A stretch of DNA of 64,000 nt from Gemmatimonadaceae bacterium (GCA_046704805.1 JBJKRG010000248.1:20602-84601); one strand, 5' to 3'; counted from the first letter of the stretch, positions 10,201 through 18,285 are shown. Program-made: numbers and translations. The notes: a model not told the origin generated them from the sequence alone.

Positions 10201-10417
10201 TGGTTTCCGTCAGATGCGAGACTTGCTCGGCCTCGGCGGTCGCGGTGGCTTCGGCGGATTCGGACGCGGTGGCAGCACCGTCGGCGCCGGAGATTACCTC
10301 GTGACGCTCACCCTCAACGGTGATACCCAGCAACAGGTGCTCCGGGTGGAGCAACACGGCGAGGTCGGCCAGTCCGATTCCGGATTCGGCGCCGACAACG
10401 CGCAGCACCGTAAGTAA
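7211..10417 (+). CDS. Secreted sortilin/VPS10-type BNR (Asp-box) repeat beta-propeller protein
   Basis: Start at MQRYRLLPFLAGAFLSAAAALPAAGQ (signal peptide). Repeated S/TxDGGxTW Asp-boxes (STDGGMTW, TTDGGNTW, STDGGNTW, SDDGGHTW, NDGATW, NDGGKTF, IDGGAHW). RGG-rich segment near the C-terminus. Confidence 0.8.
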   Translation: MQRYRLLPFLAGAFLSAAAALPAAGQSLDSATIAGLRWRNIGPANFDGRVNAIAGIGFPSKTFYVGAAGGGVWKTTNEGTTFRPLFTNEPVASIGAIAVAPSDTNVVWVGTGDPNSRNTIEPGDGVYKSTDGGMTWKMMGLKDGQMIGNIAIDPANANVVYIAELGHAWDNKGERGLYKTTDGGNTWKRIKYINDRTGFVDVKIDPSNPNDIFAAAWQRIRGPYYLKSGGPGSGLWHSTDGGNTWTEVKGGGFPSTEKGRITVAFARSNPRIVYALVEADSMRGKNHPILAPASDSIGDTPRKPVAQRLLSGLYRSDDGGHTWRWMNDQDTRPFYYSRVAVDPQNPDRVYFSSTPFLFSDDGGKTARTATGEVHVDDHAIWIDPNDGQHWLIGNDGGVAQTWDRGGNFEYLNTLPIAQFYDVSYDNAVPFNVCAGAQDNGGWCGPSARKQGPVTNAYWFTISGGDGFYTAQDPNNPNIVWGESQEGGVVRRNLKTGENARLQKPTWQASYRMWEDSILSVRGDTTRPETATQKREIAELRKTQKDDSIALDMRYNWETPFIISAFNPRVFYMAGNRVLKSMDRGDNLYPISPDLSTDDTAKIHVSLVTTGGITNDATGAENYCTIVSLAESYLRPGWLYAGTDDGNVWMTHNDGATWEKLNGRFPGVPAGTYVSRIEPSHFDTNTFYVAFDNHRNNDFGVYLYETNDGGKTFHSIASDLPTGGSDYVHVIREDPYNRNLLFVGTSRAAYASIDGGAHWSRFMSGMPTVPVYDLKIQPRDHDLIAATFGRGIWIAPIAPIEQLNAKVLAANVHLFKPVTAYQYGQGPAMGASANGQGQQVFEAPSPEYGAEISYRLASRVRGQVDVVVSDVAGDTIANVRGPGAAGIHTVTWNFQSSQRPPAPKLSPSEVRDSILRARKTEHVLDSLSKSGMDPQTIAQLRRMAQGGSMAGFFGRGRGGRGGRGGETGFVERPAEGPVQGAGRGGRGGFANIAAAFPGGFRQMRDLLGLGGRGGFGGFGRGGSTVGAGDYLVTLTLNGDTQQQVLRVEQHGEVGQSDSGFGADNAQHRK

Positions 10418-10441
10418 TCGACGATACTTCGCACCGACGTT

Positions 10442-10480
10442 GAAGAGCCCGCCGGCATGCAGTGTGCCGGCGGGCTCTTC
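10442..10480. terminator. Bidirectional terminator-like hairpin
   Basis: GAAGAGCCCGCCGGCA (10442-10457) and TGCCGGCGGGCTCTTC (10465-10480) form a perfect 16-bp stem with a 7-nt loop, between convergent genes. Confidence 0.7.
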
Positions 10481-10587
10481 GTCTACATCGCGCTGCCGCG
10501 GTGGTGCCGCGCAGGCCGGCCGGGGGGGAGCGCCGGGCGGCCGTGGGGAGTTCCACCCCGGCATGCGGCGACCTCGCGTCCCGGCCC

Positions 10588-10872
10588 TCAGTCGTCTTCC
10601 TCGTCCTCCTCGTCTTCCTCTTCGTCTTCCTCGTCTTCATCCCCGTCGTCCAGCCCGAGCACGAACCGCGCGTCACGCACCGCCGAGGCCGGAACCAGAA
10701 CGTCGACTCCCTTGGCGGTCACTCCCTGAAAACCGGGGCCGAAGATGCCGACGATGTCGTTGCCTCGTGACACGGCCGGAATCTCCGCCGATTCAAGCCG
10801 CGCCACGGCCACATCGGCTTCCAGGGCCGATCCGTACGTGATCAGTTTCGTCCACTCCGATCCTCTGCCCAT
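10588..10872 (-). CDS. Small DUF2007-like protein with poly-Asp/Glu tail
   Basis: Start re-picked at MGRGSEWTKLITYG. The pattern W..L....S.LEADVAVARLESAEIPA...VLVP...A resembles DUF2007. The last 20 residues are DDGDEDEEDEEEDEEDEEDD. Confidence 0.5.
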   Translation of the reverse strand: MGRGSEWTKLITYGSALEADVAVARLESAEIPAVSRGNDIVGIFGPGFQGVTAKGVDVLVPASAVRDARFVLGLDDGDEDEEDEEEDEEDEEDD

Positions 10873-10995
10873 TCCCCTGGCCCGCGTTGACGTGTCGATG
10901 CAAGATACTGGGCCCTCCGGTGTCGTGCGATTGCCGCCCAGCCGGTTCCGCCGCCGCAAGCGGTCGCCCTCCCCTCCACACGTCAGGAGCTTGCC

Positions 10996-12039
10996 GTGCC
11001 TTCCTCCCGCCTCGCGCTCGTCATCCTGTACATCGCTCTCGCCGCGCCGGCCGCGGCGCAGTCGGCTGCCGTTGCGGCGCCTCCCGCCGGCCACCGCTAC
11101 CACCTGATGCCGACCCCGAGCACCGTGGCTTGGGGCTACTACTGGTCGCAGGCCAGGCCCGTGCTCCACATCAAGTCGGGCGACGAGGTGGACGTCGGCA
11201 CGCTCATTACGTCGAGTCCCACCCGGCTTGAGCGTGCGGGGGTTGATTCGGCCGACGTGCAGCCGTCATTGCGGGACATCTTCGCGCACGTGAAGGACCG
11301 CGGACCGGGCGGCCACATTCTCACCGGGCCGATCTACGTCGAGGGCGCTGATTCCGGGGATGTGCTCGAAGTCCGCATCGAGAAGATCGACCTCGCCATT
11401 CCGTACGCCTACAATGCGTTCGGACCCCGGGGCGGGTTCCTGCCCGAGGATTTCCCCTACTCCCGCATGAAGATCATCCCGCTCGACCGGCAGCACATGG
11501 TCGCCCACTTCGCGCCCGGCATCGACATCCCGCTGCACCCGTTCTTCGGCAGCATCGGCGATGCACCGCCCGCGGCGATGGGACGGGTCAGCAGCGTACC
11601 ACCCGGCATCTATGCCGGCAATCTCGACGACAAGGACCTCGTGGCCGGTACCACCCTGTACATCCCCGTCTGGACGAAGGGGGCACTGCTCGAGATCGGC
11701 GATGGCCACGCCGGCCAGGGCAACGGGGAGGTCGACATCACGGCGATGGAGACTTCCCTCGAAGGCCGGTTCCAGATCATCGTGCGGAAGGATCTGCACG
11801 CCGAATGGCCCCGTGCCGAGACGCCGACCGACTACATCGCGATGGGAATCGACAGCAATCTCGTAACGGCTACCAAGAACGCCATCCGCGAGGCGATCGA
11901 CTTCCTCGTCACGCAGAAGGGCCTGTCGCGCGACGAGGCCTATATGCTGGTCAGTGTCTCGTCGGATGTCGACGTGACCGAACTGGTCGACGGAACGCTG
12001 GGGGTGCATGTGATGATCCCGAAGTCCATTTTCAGGTAG
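10996..12039 (+). CDS. Acetamidase/formamidase-family amidohydrolase with signal peptide
   Basis: GTG start preceded by AGGAG. LALVILYIALAAPAAAQ signal. GGHILTGPIYVEGADSGDVLEVRIEKIDL and GDGHAGQGNGEV are family hallmarks. Confidence 0.85.
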   Translation: MPSSRLALVILYIALAAPAAAQSAAVAAPPAGHRYHLMPTPSTVAWGYYWSQARPVLHIKSGDEVDVGTLITSSPTRLERAGVDSADVQPSLRDIFAHVKDRGPGGHILTGPIYVEGADSGDVLEVRIEKIDLAIPYAYNAFGPRGGFLPEDFPYSRMKIIPLDRQHMVAHFAPGIDIPLHPFFGSIGDAPPAAMGRVSSVPPGIYAGNLDDKDLVAGTTLYIPVWTKGALLEIGDGHAGQGNGEVDITAMETSLEGRFQIIVRKDLHAEWPRAETPTDYIAMGIDSNLVTATKNAIREAIDFLVTQKGLSRDEAYMLVSVSSDVDVTELVDGTLGVHVMIPKSIFR

Positions 12040-12077
12040 TCCTCGATGTCCCGAACACGTGGTTCGTCCCGGCGCGC

Positions 12078-12851
12078 ATGTCCAGTCGGCACCCGTTCCT
12101 GATTCCGCTGGTGTGGGGCACGCTCGTTTTCGGGTCCGCGCCTCGTGTCCTGGCCCAAGCGGCGGCTTCGCCGCACACGGCGAACCCTGAACGTCCCACC
12201 GTTGCGACGAATGCCGGGACGGTCGCCCCTGGATGGTTCGAGATCGAAAGCGGCGTCGAGCGCGACCGCCTCGGTCCCGGAGCGTCGAGCATCGCCACCC
12301 CCACGCTGCTGAAGTTCGGCGTTGCGCGGCGCATGCAGTTCGACATCGCGCTCACGACCGTCCGGCCACCGGCCGCCCGTCCCTGGGGGATCGGGGACGA
12401 CGCCGTCGCCCTGAAGTGGCGGCTGGCGGACGGCATGCCGTTGCTCGGCGACTTCGCAGTGCAACCGTCGATCAAATTGCCGACGGGATCGCGCCCGCGG
12501 GGTACCGGCACTGGTACCACGGACTACTCCCTGGTGGTCATCTCGAGCCATGCGCTGGGCCCGACGGCGCTCGACCTCAACCTGGGGTACACGCGCCACA
12601 GCGACGGCACCAATGCGGCGCTCTGGACGGTCTCCACCGGCACCACGATCGCCGGTCCGCTGGCACTGGCGGCGGAGATCTTCGGCTACCCGGGATTCGG
12701 CGCCGGACCGAGCGTCGGGTTTCTGTCCGGCCCAACGTGGACCGTGCATCCGTGGTTCGTCGCCGACGCCGGGTTCATCGCCAACGTGAGTGGATTGCAG
12801 CCACCAGCGCTCTACGCAGGCCTTACGTGGAACGTCGGCCGGTGGCGGTAG
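12078..12851 (+). CDS. Putative outer-membrane beta-barrel (MetA-pathway/transporter-like)
   Basis: Start at MSSRHPFLIPLVWGTLVFGSAPRVLAQA (signal peptide). Alternating hydrophobic pattern. C-terminus ends ...YAGLTWNVGRWR (aromatic terminus). Confidence 0.5.
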   Translation: MSSRHPFLIPLVWGTLVFGSAPRVLAQAAASPHTANPERPTVATNAGTVAPGWFEIESGVERDRLGPGASSIATPTLLKFGVARRMQFDIALTTVRPPAARPWGIGDDAVALKWRLADGMPLLGDFAVQPSIKLPTGSRPRGTGTGTTDYSLVVISSHALGPTALDLNLGYTRHSDGTNAALWTVSTGTTIAGPLALAAEIFGYPGFGAGPSVGFLSGPTWTVHPWFVADAGFIANVSGLQPPALYAGLTWNVGRWR

Positions 12852-12865
12852 CGTCCGGACGCCAC

Positions 12866-12893
12866 TTGACCTGGTCGCCAGGGACGGTATCTT
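12866..12893 (+). promoter_or_regulatory. Sigma-70-like promoter candidate for the aro leader
   Basis: TTGACC (12866-12871), 16-nt spacer, TATCTT (12888-12893). The leader ATG at 12901 lies 7 nt after the -10 box, so a leaderless transcript is possible. Confidence 0.35.
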
Positions 12894-12900
12894 GACGCCC

Positions 12901-12984
12901 ATGATGCGCCGTCACCTCGTCGCCTATTACTACTACCGCGCGGTCCCAGCTACGGGCCGTGGTCGGAGACGTTCGCGCGACTGA
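12901..12984 (+). CDS. Candidate Tyr-rich leader peptide (MMRRHLVAYYYYRAVPATGRGRRRSRD)
   Basis: 27-codon ORF with four consecutive Tyr codons (TAT TAC TAC TAC, 12925-12936). Sits between a promoter-like element and a terminator hairpin, directly upstream of aroF, chorismate mutase and tyrA. Confidence 0.5.
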   Translation: MMRRHLVAYYYYRAVPATGRGRRRSRD

Positions 12985-13011
12985 AGCCGCGTCAACTTCG
13001 TTCGACTCACC

Positions 13012-13049
13012 AGGAGCCCGTGGATCACCACGGGCTCCTTCTTCGTTTC
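13012..13049 (+). terminator. Intrinsic terminator / attenuator hairpin
   Basis: AGGAGCCCGTGG (13012-13023) pairs with CCACGGGCTCCT (13028-13039): 12-bp stem, 4-nt loop. Followed by TCTTCGTTTCC. Lies 28 nt before the aroF ATG. Confidence 0.6.
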
Positions 13050-13077
13050 CGCACCACTGCACCCATCCGGAGAGCGC

Positions 13078-14133
13078 ATGATCATCGTCACCACGCCCGG
13101 CGCCACCGAGGCTCAACTCGACGGGATTCGCGAACGCGTCGAAGGTCTCGGCCTGCGCACCCATCTGTCGCGCGGCGAACGGCGCACGATCATCGGCTGC
13201 ATCGGGGACGAGTCCCTGCTTCGCGAGGCCGGCCTGCTGTCCCTGCCGGGCGTCGAGTCGGTGACACCCATCCTCAAACCGTACAAGCTGGTGTCGCGTG
13301 AATTCGTGCCGGGCGGAACCGTCGTCCGCTTCGGCGACGCGGCGGGCATCGCCATCGGCGAGCGCGACTTCACCGTCATCGCGGGGCCCTGTTCGGTGGA
13401 GGGTCGGGACATGCTGCACGAAACGGCCCGGTTCGTGCGCGCCGCCGGAGCGGCCATGCTTCGCGGCGGTGCCTTCAAGCCGCGAACCTCTCCCTACGCC
13501 TTCCAGGGACTCGGTGCCGCAGCGCTCCGCATGCTCGCCGAGGTCCGTTCGAGTACCGGCATCCCCGTCGTCAGCGAGGTCATGGACACCCGGCAGGTGG
13601 AGTTGGTGGCGGAGCACGTCGACATGCTCCAGGTGGGCGCCCGCAACATGCAGAACTTCGCTCTCCTTGCCGAGGTCGGCAGGACGCAGCGTCCCGTACT
13701 GCTCAAACGGGGCATGTCCGCAACGGTCGCCGAGCTCCTGATGGCGGCGGAATACATCATGGCCCAGGGTAATCACGACGTGGTCCTCTGCGAACGGGGG
13801 ATTCGCACGTTCGAGCCATCGACGCGGAACACCCTCGACATTGCGGCGATCCCGGTCCTCAAGCGAGAGACGCATCTCCCGGTGATCGTCGATCCGAGTC
13901 ACGCCGGTGGCCGGGCCGACCTCGTCGCGCCCCTGGCGCTGGCTGCGGTCGCGGCCGGGGCGGACGGCCTCATCGTGGAAGTACATCCGAAACCCGATCG
14001 CGCGCTGTCCGACGGTGATCAGTCGCTGACCTTCGATGCCTTCCGCGATCTCATGATGCGGCTGCGACCCTTTGCCGAGGCCGCCGGTCGTACGCTTACC
14101 TTTTCCGTCGTCGAATCGGAGGTCGCGGCATGA
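13078..14133 (+). CDS. aroF: 3-deoxy-7-phosphoheptulonate (DAHP) synthase, type I-beta with N-terminal regulatory domain
   Basis: 351 aa. ACT/ferredoxin-like N-domain followed by [44 protein letters not shown] and [10 protein letters not shown]. Confidence 0.9.
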   Translation: MIIVTTPGATEAQLDGIRERVEGLGLRTHLSRGERRTIIGCIGDESLLREAGLLSLPGVESVTPILKPYKLVSREFVPGGTVVRFGDAAGIAIGERDFTVIAGPCSVEGRDMLHETARFVRAAGAAMLRGGAFKPRTSPYAFQGLGAAALRMLAEVRSSTGIPVVSEVMDTRQVELVAEHVDMLQVGARNMQNFALLAEVGRTQRPVLLKRGMSATVAELLMAAEYIMAQGNHDVVLCERGIRTFEPSTRNTLDIAAIPVLKRETHLPVIVDPSHAGGRADLVAPLALAAVAAGADGLIVEVHPKPDRALSDGDQSLTFDAFRDLMMRLRPFAEAAGRTLTFSVVESEVAA

Positions 14134-14432
14134 GCACGCCGACCGATGATCACAACGAGGGACCGCCCGATCTCGCGGACCTGCGCGCCGAAATTGAGCG
14201 TATCGACCGCGACCTGATTCGTCACATCGCGCGCCGCGTCGAACTGGCGCGCCAGGTAGGCGTCGTCAAGCATGCCGCCGGCCTTCCCGCCCTCGACCCG
14301 GCTCGCGAAGCCTCCGTGATTCGCCGGGTCAGCGAGATCGCACGTGAGGAAGGTGCCCCCGAGGAAGACGTGCGGTACCTCTTCTGGCACATCATCGGCA
14401 TGTCGCGCCGAGCGCAGTTGACCGAGGAGTAG
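14130..14432 (+). CDS. Chorismate mutase (AroQ class)
   Basis: 100 aa. LADLRAEIERIDRDLIRHIARRVELARQVGVVK is a typical CM_2 helix. ATGA overlap with aroF. Confidence 0.85.
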   Translation: MSTPTDDHNEGPPDLADLRAEIERIDRDLIRHIARRVELARQVGVVKHAAGLPALDPAREASVIRRVSEIAREEGAPEEDVRYLFWHIIGMSRRAQLTEE

Positions 14433-14434
14433 CC

Positions 14435-15313
14435 ATGACGACCGCAAGGCAACACGTCGGGATCGTCGGCCTCGGTTTGATGGGCGGATCACTTGCCCGC
14501 GATCTGCTCCGCCGCGGGATCGAGGTCACCGCCTACGACACCGGTTTTGCTGATATCGTCGATGGCAGGGACGGGGAATCCGAAGTCGCGCGCATTCGTC
14601 GTGCGCCCGATCTGGCCACAGTGGCGGATGCACCTATCGTCGTCATCGCCGTGCCCGTTCAGACGGCCGTCGACGTCCTCAGCCGCCTGGCCCCCCATCT
14701 CGGCCCCGCCCATCTGGTGATGGACGTCGGAAGCACGAAACGCCACATCGTGGCGAGCGCCGAAGCGCTCGGGCTCGGCGGCCGCTTCGTCGGGTGCCAC
14801 CCGTTGGCCGGCGACCACCGTTCGGGTTGGGCCGCGTCGCGCGCCGGGCTCTTCGACGGAGTTCCGGTCTTTCTCTGTCCCCCGACCGGCGTCGGCAGCG
14901 ACGCCCTGCCACAAGCCGCGGCCTTCTGGGCGGCCCTCGGCGCGTGCCCGGAGGTCATCGACGCCGACACACATGACCGGCGCATGGCGTGGGTGAGTCA
15001 CCTGCCTCACATGCTCAGTGCCGCGCTCTCGCTGGCCCTCGGGGAGGCCGGGCTCACAGTCGACGCGCTCGGTCCCGGTGGCCGCGGCATGACGCGGCTC
15101 GCCGCCAGCTCCCCCGATCTCTGGACCCAGATTGCCGGACAGAATCGTCCTTTCCTGATCGGCACGCTCGACGCCTTCGAGGACCACCTCCGCCACCTGC
15201 GTCGAGCGATCGAGGCCGGTGATCATGCGGATCTCGCGCGGTACCTGGCGGCGGCCGCCGTGTGGACCGGGGCTCGACCGGCGCCGGGTGCCCGTCAGGT
15301 CGACCGGATGTAG
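14435..15313 (+). CDS. tyrA: Prephenate dehydrogenase
   Basis: 292 aa. N-terminal Rossmann GIVGLGLMGGSLARDL, then DVGSTK and HPLAG motifs. Starts 2 nt after the chorismate mutase stop. Confidence 0.85.
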   Translation: MTTARQHVGIVGLGLMGGSLARDLLRRGIEVTAYDTGFADIVDGRDGESEVARIRRAPDLATVADAPIVVIAVPVQTAVDVLSRLAPHLGPAHLVMDVGSTKRHIVASAEALGLGGRFVGCHPLAGDHRSGWAASRAGLFDGVPVFLCPPTGVGSDALPQAAAFWAALGACPEVIDADTHDRRMAWVSHLPHMLSAALSLALGEAGLTVDALGPGGRGMTRLAASSPDLWTQIAGQNRPFLIGTLDAFEDHLRHLRRAIEAGDHADLARYLAAAAVWTGARPAPGARQVDRM

Positions 15314-16041
15314 TGGCAACCGGCTTCCTGAGCGCGAATGGCAGCGAAGATTCCCGACGGCTGCAGCTGCACGCCCGGCACCAGGTGGCGGCGAAGCTCA
15401 TCGAATACGGCGTCTGCCTTCTCGTGGGAGCGTTTCGCGAGAATACTGGCCATACCGTGCGTGGCGAGTGCGCAGGCAAGCACCACCGCGCCTCGTTTCT
15501 CTAGAGCCTCCAAGGTGAAATCGGCGTCCTGCTCGTCGCCGGGCGCCGCCTTCCAGAACGGGTTGCGCCGTGCCCACCGTTCCGTTCCGGGCTCCTTCAC
15601 CTTGGTGAATGCTCCGAGGGCGTACCGGTCCCAGATCGCGTCGTCGAACGCCATCGGGATGGCCGAGTGACGGACGACGATCACGGCGTTCACGTCGGCA
15701 TCCCGTACACCGTACATGCTCTCGAAGCCCTGCATGAACGTGTACGCATTGAAGATTGCCGTGCCATCCTCGATTTCGGGGGAGTCGAAGACGGCGCGAT
15801 ACCGGCCGGTCACCCTGGCAGTCCAGGTGTCGTCGAATTTCAGCGGCGGAAGCGGTGGTACCGGCGGAAGCTTCGGTGGCACCTCGATGGTGGACGATGC
15901 CGCGACCGATCCCGTACCCCCCGCGGTCGCGCCGCCACTGACGCAGGCGGAGGCCGTGAGTGCCGCCGCTGCGGTCGCGAGCTGGCCGAGGAACGCACGC
16001 CGGGGAGTGGAAGGCGAGTCGAGCGGGAAAGCGCTGGGCAT
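15295..16041 (-). CDS. Tat-signal secreted protein, function unknown (possibly DsrE-like fold)
   Basis: Start at MPSAFPLDSPSTPRRAFLGQLATAAAALTASA (twin-arginine motif). Its 3' end overlaps the tyrA 3' end by 19 nt (convergent). Confidence 0.5.
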   Translation of the reverse strand: MPSAFPLDSPSTPRRAFLGQLATAAAALTASACVSGGATAGGTGSVAASSTIEVPPKLPPVPPLPPLKFDDTWTARVTGRYRAVFDSPEIEDGTAIFNAYTFMQGFESMYGVRDADVNAVIVVRHSAIPMAFDDAIWDRYALGAFTKVKEPGTERWARRNPFWKAAPGDEQDADFTLEALEKRGAVVLACALATHGMASILAKRSHEKADAVFDELRRHLVPGVQLQPSGIFAAIRAQEAGCHYIRST

Positions 16042-16213
16042 GGCGAGCTCTGCTGAGGAAGGTGGCCGGGGCGAGACGCGGCGGATGGCCGGCCGTCGCC
16101 GTCGCCCGTCGTCCATCAACCACGGTGGAACGCGGCGACCAGGAGCGGCACGCCCGCCCGCGCTTCTCCCAACGCACGACGCCCTGCGATCGTGCTGCAG
16201 GGCGTGTTCGGAG

Positions 16214-16285
16214 AGGCGCGGGCGGGAATCGAACCCGCGTATAGCGGTTTTGCAGACCGCCGCCTTACCACTTGGCTACCGCGCC
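16214..16285 (-). tRNA. tRNA-Cys (GCA)
   Basis: Reverse complement reads GGCGCGGTAGCCAAGTGGTAAGGCGGCGGTCTGCAAAACCGCTATACGCGGGTTCGATTCCCGCCCGCGCCT. 7-bp acceptor stem, CTGCAAA anticodon loop, GTTCGATTC T-loop. CCA is not encoded. Confidence 0.9.
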
Positions 16286-16412
16286 GAAGCCAGTGGAACT
16301 TAGTGGGCGTTTCACACCCGCTCAAGCATGTTCGAGCAGCGCTCGCCGTTTCTAATCCGACCCGTGATGTCGCTATCGCGCGCCTTCCCCATCTGCTAAT
16401 CTCCGCCCGTTC

Positions 16413-17696
16413 ATGCCAGCACCTGCCTCGCCCCTCGGGCCCTCCGTTCCGCCGCCGCCGTCGGCGCAGGTGCACGATCCCTACACGTCCCTCCGCATCG
16501 TGAACTTCCGCTGGTTCATCGTCAGCGTGTTCACGATGACGATGGCGACGCAGATCCAGGGCATCGTCGTCGGCTGGCAGATCTACGCGATCACGCACGA
16601 CCCGTTGTCGCTCGGGCTGATCGGTCTCGCCGAGGCAGCCCCGTTCCTGAGCATCTCGCTCCCGGCCGGCCATGCTGCCGACCGGTTCAATCGGCGCCGC
16701 ATCACCTTGCTGTCGCTCGCCGCACTGGTGGCGTGCTCGGCGAGCTTCCTTGCGTTCAGCGTCACCCCTCGCGTCCTGATCCTCCCCGGTGCATGGCCGT
16801 TCTTCGCCGTGATCTTCGTGAGCGGAGTCGCCCGCGCCTTTCTCAATCCGGCACGCGCAGCACTCCTCGCCGAGATCGTCCCACGCTCCGCGTACGCGAA
16901 TGCTGCTGCCTGGCGCAGTTCCTCGTGGCAGACGGCCGCCGTGCTCGGCCCGGCAATCGGCGGCCTCCTGTATGGATTCTCATCGGCCACGGTTGCCTAT
17001 GCCGCCGACACGACGCTGATGGTCATCGCGTTCGTCTGTTTTGCCGGCATTCGCTACGTCCGCTCCGCCGCCATACCCGGTCGGGAATCCATCGCCAGGA
17101 GCCTGCACACCGGCATCCAGTTCGTCTTCCGGAACCCGGTGATCCTCGGGGCCCTCACGCTCGATCTCTTCTCGGTTCTGCTCGGCGGCGCCGAAGCGCT
17201 ACTGCCAGTCTTCGCCTCTGATATTCTGCACGTTGGCCCGGAGGGCCTGGGGGTGCTTCGCGCGGCTCCCGCCGTCGGCGCCGTGGTGATGTCGCTGTAT
17301 CTCGCGCATCGCCGACCACTCGAGCGGGCCGGACGTGCCATGCTGCTGGCCGTGGCGACCTTCGCGATCGCCATCGTGGCGTTCGGACTGTCCCGTAGCA
17401 TGGTGCTCTCGTTCGCCCTGCTGGCCGTGAGCGGCATGGCGGACAACGTGAGCGTCGTGGTGCGGTCGACGCTCATCCAGATCATGTCGCCTCCCGAGAT
17501 GCTCGGGCGCATCTCGGCAGTCAACGCCATCTTCGTCGGATCCTCCAATGAACTCGGTGCTTTCGAGTCGGGGGTGACGGCCCGTCTGCTGGGCACGGTT
17601 CCGGCCGTGATTCTGGGGGGGCTCGCCTCGCTCGGCGTCGTCGGGATCGTCACCAGGACGGTGCCGGAGTTGCGCGCACTCAAACGTTTGGAGTAG
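16413..17696 (+). CDS. MFS transporter (EntS/MFS_3-like)
   Basis: 427 aa, about 12 predicted TM segments. FRWFIVSVFTMTMATQIQGIVVGWQIY and GHAADRFNRRRI loop motifs are typical of MFS. Confidence 0.85.
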   Translation: MPAPASPLGPSVPPPPSAQVHDPYTSLRIVNFRWFIVSVFTMTMATQIQGIVVGWQIYAITHDPLSLGLIGLAEAAPFLSISLPAGHAADRFNRRRITLLSLAALVACSASFLAFSVTPRVLILPGAWPFFAVIFVSGVARAFLNPARAALLAEIVPRSAYANAAAWRSSSWQTAAVLGPAIGGLLYGFSSATVAYAADTTLMVIAFVCFAGIRYVRSAAIPGRESIARSLHTGIQFVFRNPVILGALTLDLFSVLLGGAEALLPVFASDILHVGPEGLGVLRAAPAVGAVVMSLYLAHRRPLERAGRAMLLAVATFAIAIVAFGLSRSMVLSFALLAVSGMADNVSVVVRSTLIQIMSPPEMLGRISAVNAIFVGSSNELGAFESGVTARLLGTVPAVILGGLASLGVVGIVTRTVPELRALKRLE

Positions 17697-17742
17697 TAAC
17701 GGACGCGTTGAAGGCCAGGTCATTTCGGCCGGATCCCAGAGC

Positions 17743-17817
17743 AATTGCCGGTTATCTCTGCTTGCGATTACAAATGGAACATGGCATTATTGCTTGATAT
17801 TACAAAGCAAAATTGCC
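17743..17817 (+). promoter_or_regulatory. AT-rich Lrp upstream region with nested direct repeats
   Basis: AATTGCC at 17743 and 17811; ATTACAAA at 17767 and 17798 (31 nt apart). Ends at the Lrp ATG. Confidence 0.3.
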
Positions 17818-18285
17818 ATGGATGCACTTGACTATAAGGCCCTGTCACGGCTTCAGCAGTTCGGCCGCGACAGCTGGAAGAACCTGGGCAGTCTCCTCGG
17901 AATTACCGCTCAGGCGGCGGCGGATCGGGTGCACAAACTCGAGGAGCAGGGAGTCGTCCACGGTTATGCCGCCCTCATCGACCCCGACACCGTGGGACTG
18001 CATTTCACGGCGTTCGTCAGCGTCACGCTCGACCGCTCCCGCAATCGGGAGGCGTTTCTGGATCGGGTGACGTCCCTTTCGGAAGTGCAGGAGTGCCATC
18101 GTGTTTCGGGCGATGACGACTACCTGCTCAAACTCCGGTGCCGCAGCACATCTGACATCGAACGGCTGGTCGGGGACGAGCTGCGAGGCATCCCGGGGGT
18201 GTCGCGGACGCGGACCACGATCGTGCTTCGTACGATCAAGGAGACGGTCGCGCTTCCTCTGGTCACCGGACCCGTCCAGACATGA
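17818..18285 (+). CDS. Lrp/AsnC-family transcriptional regulator
   Basis: MDALDYKALSRLQQFGRDSWKNLGSLLGITAQAAADRVHKLEEQGVV (HTH) followed by a RAM/AsnC_trans_reg domain. ATG at 17818 preferred over TTG at 17794. Confidence 0.85.
   Translation: MDALDYKALSRLQQFGRDSWKNLGSLLGITAQAAADRVHKLEEQGVVHGYAALIDPDTVGLHFTAFVSVTLDRSRNREAFLDRVTSLSEVQECHRVSGDDDYLLKLRCRSTSDIERLVGDELRGIPGVSRTRTTIVLRTIKETVALPLVTGPVQT

Noticed and set aside
16214-16285. tRNA-Cys as an integration site for a genomic island.
   Set aside because: By eye I found no second copy of the tRNA 3' end, no integrase and no compositional break nearby. The flanking genes (Tat-signal protein, MFS transporter, Lrp) look native. This was not checked computationally.
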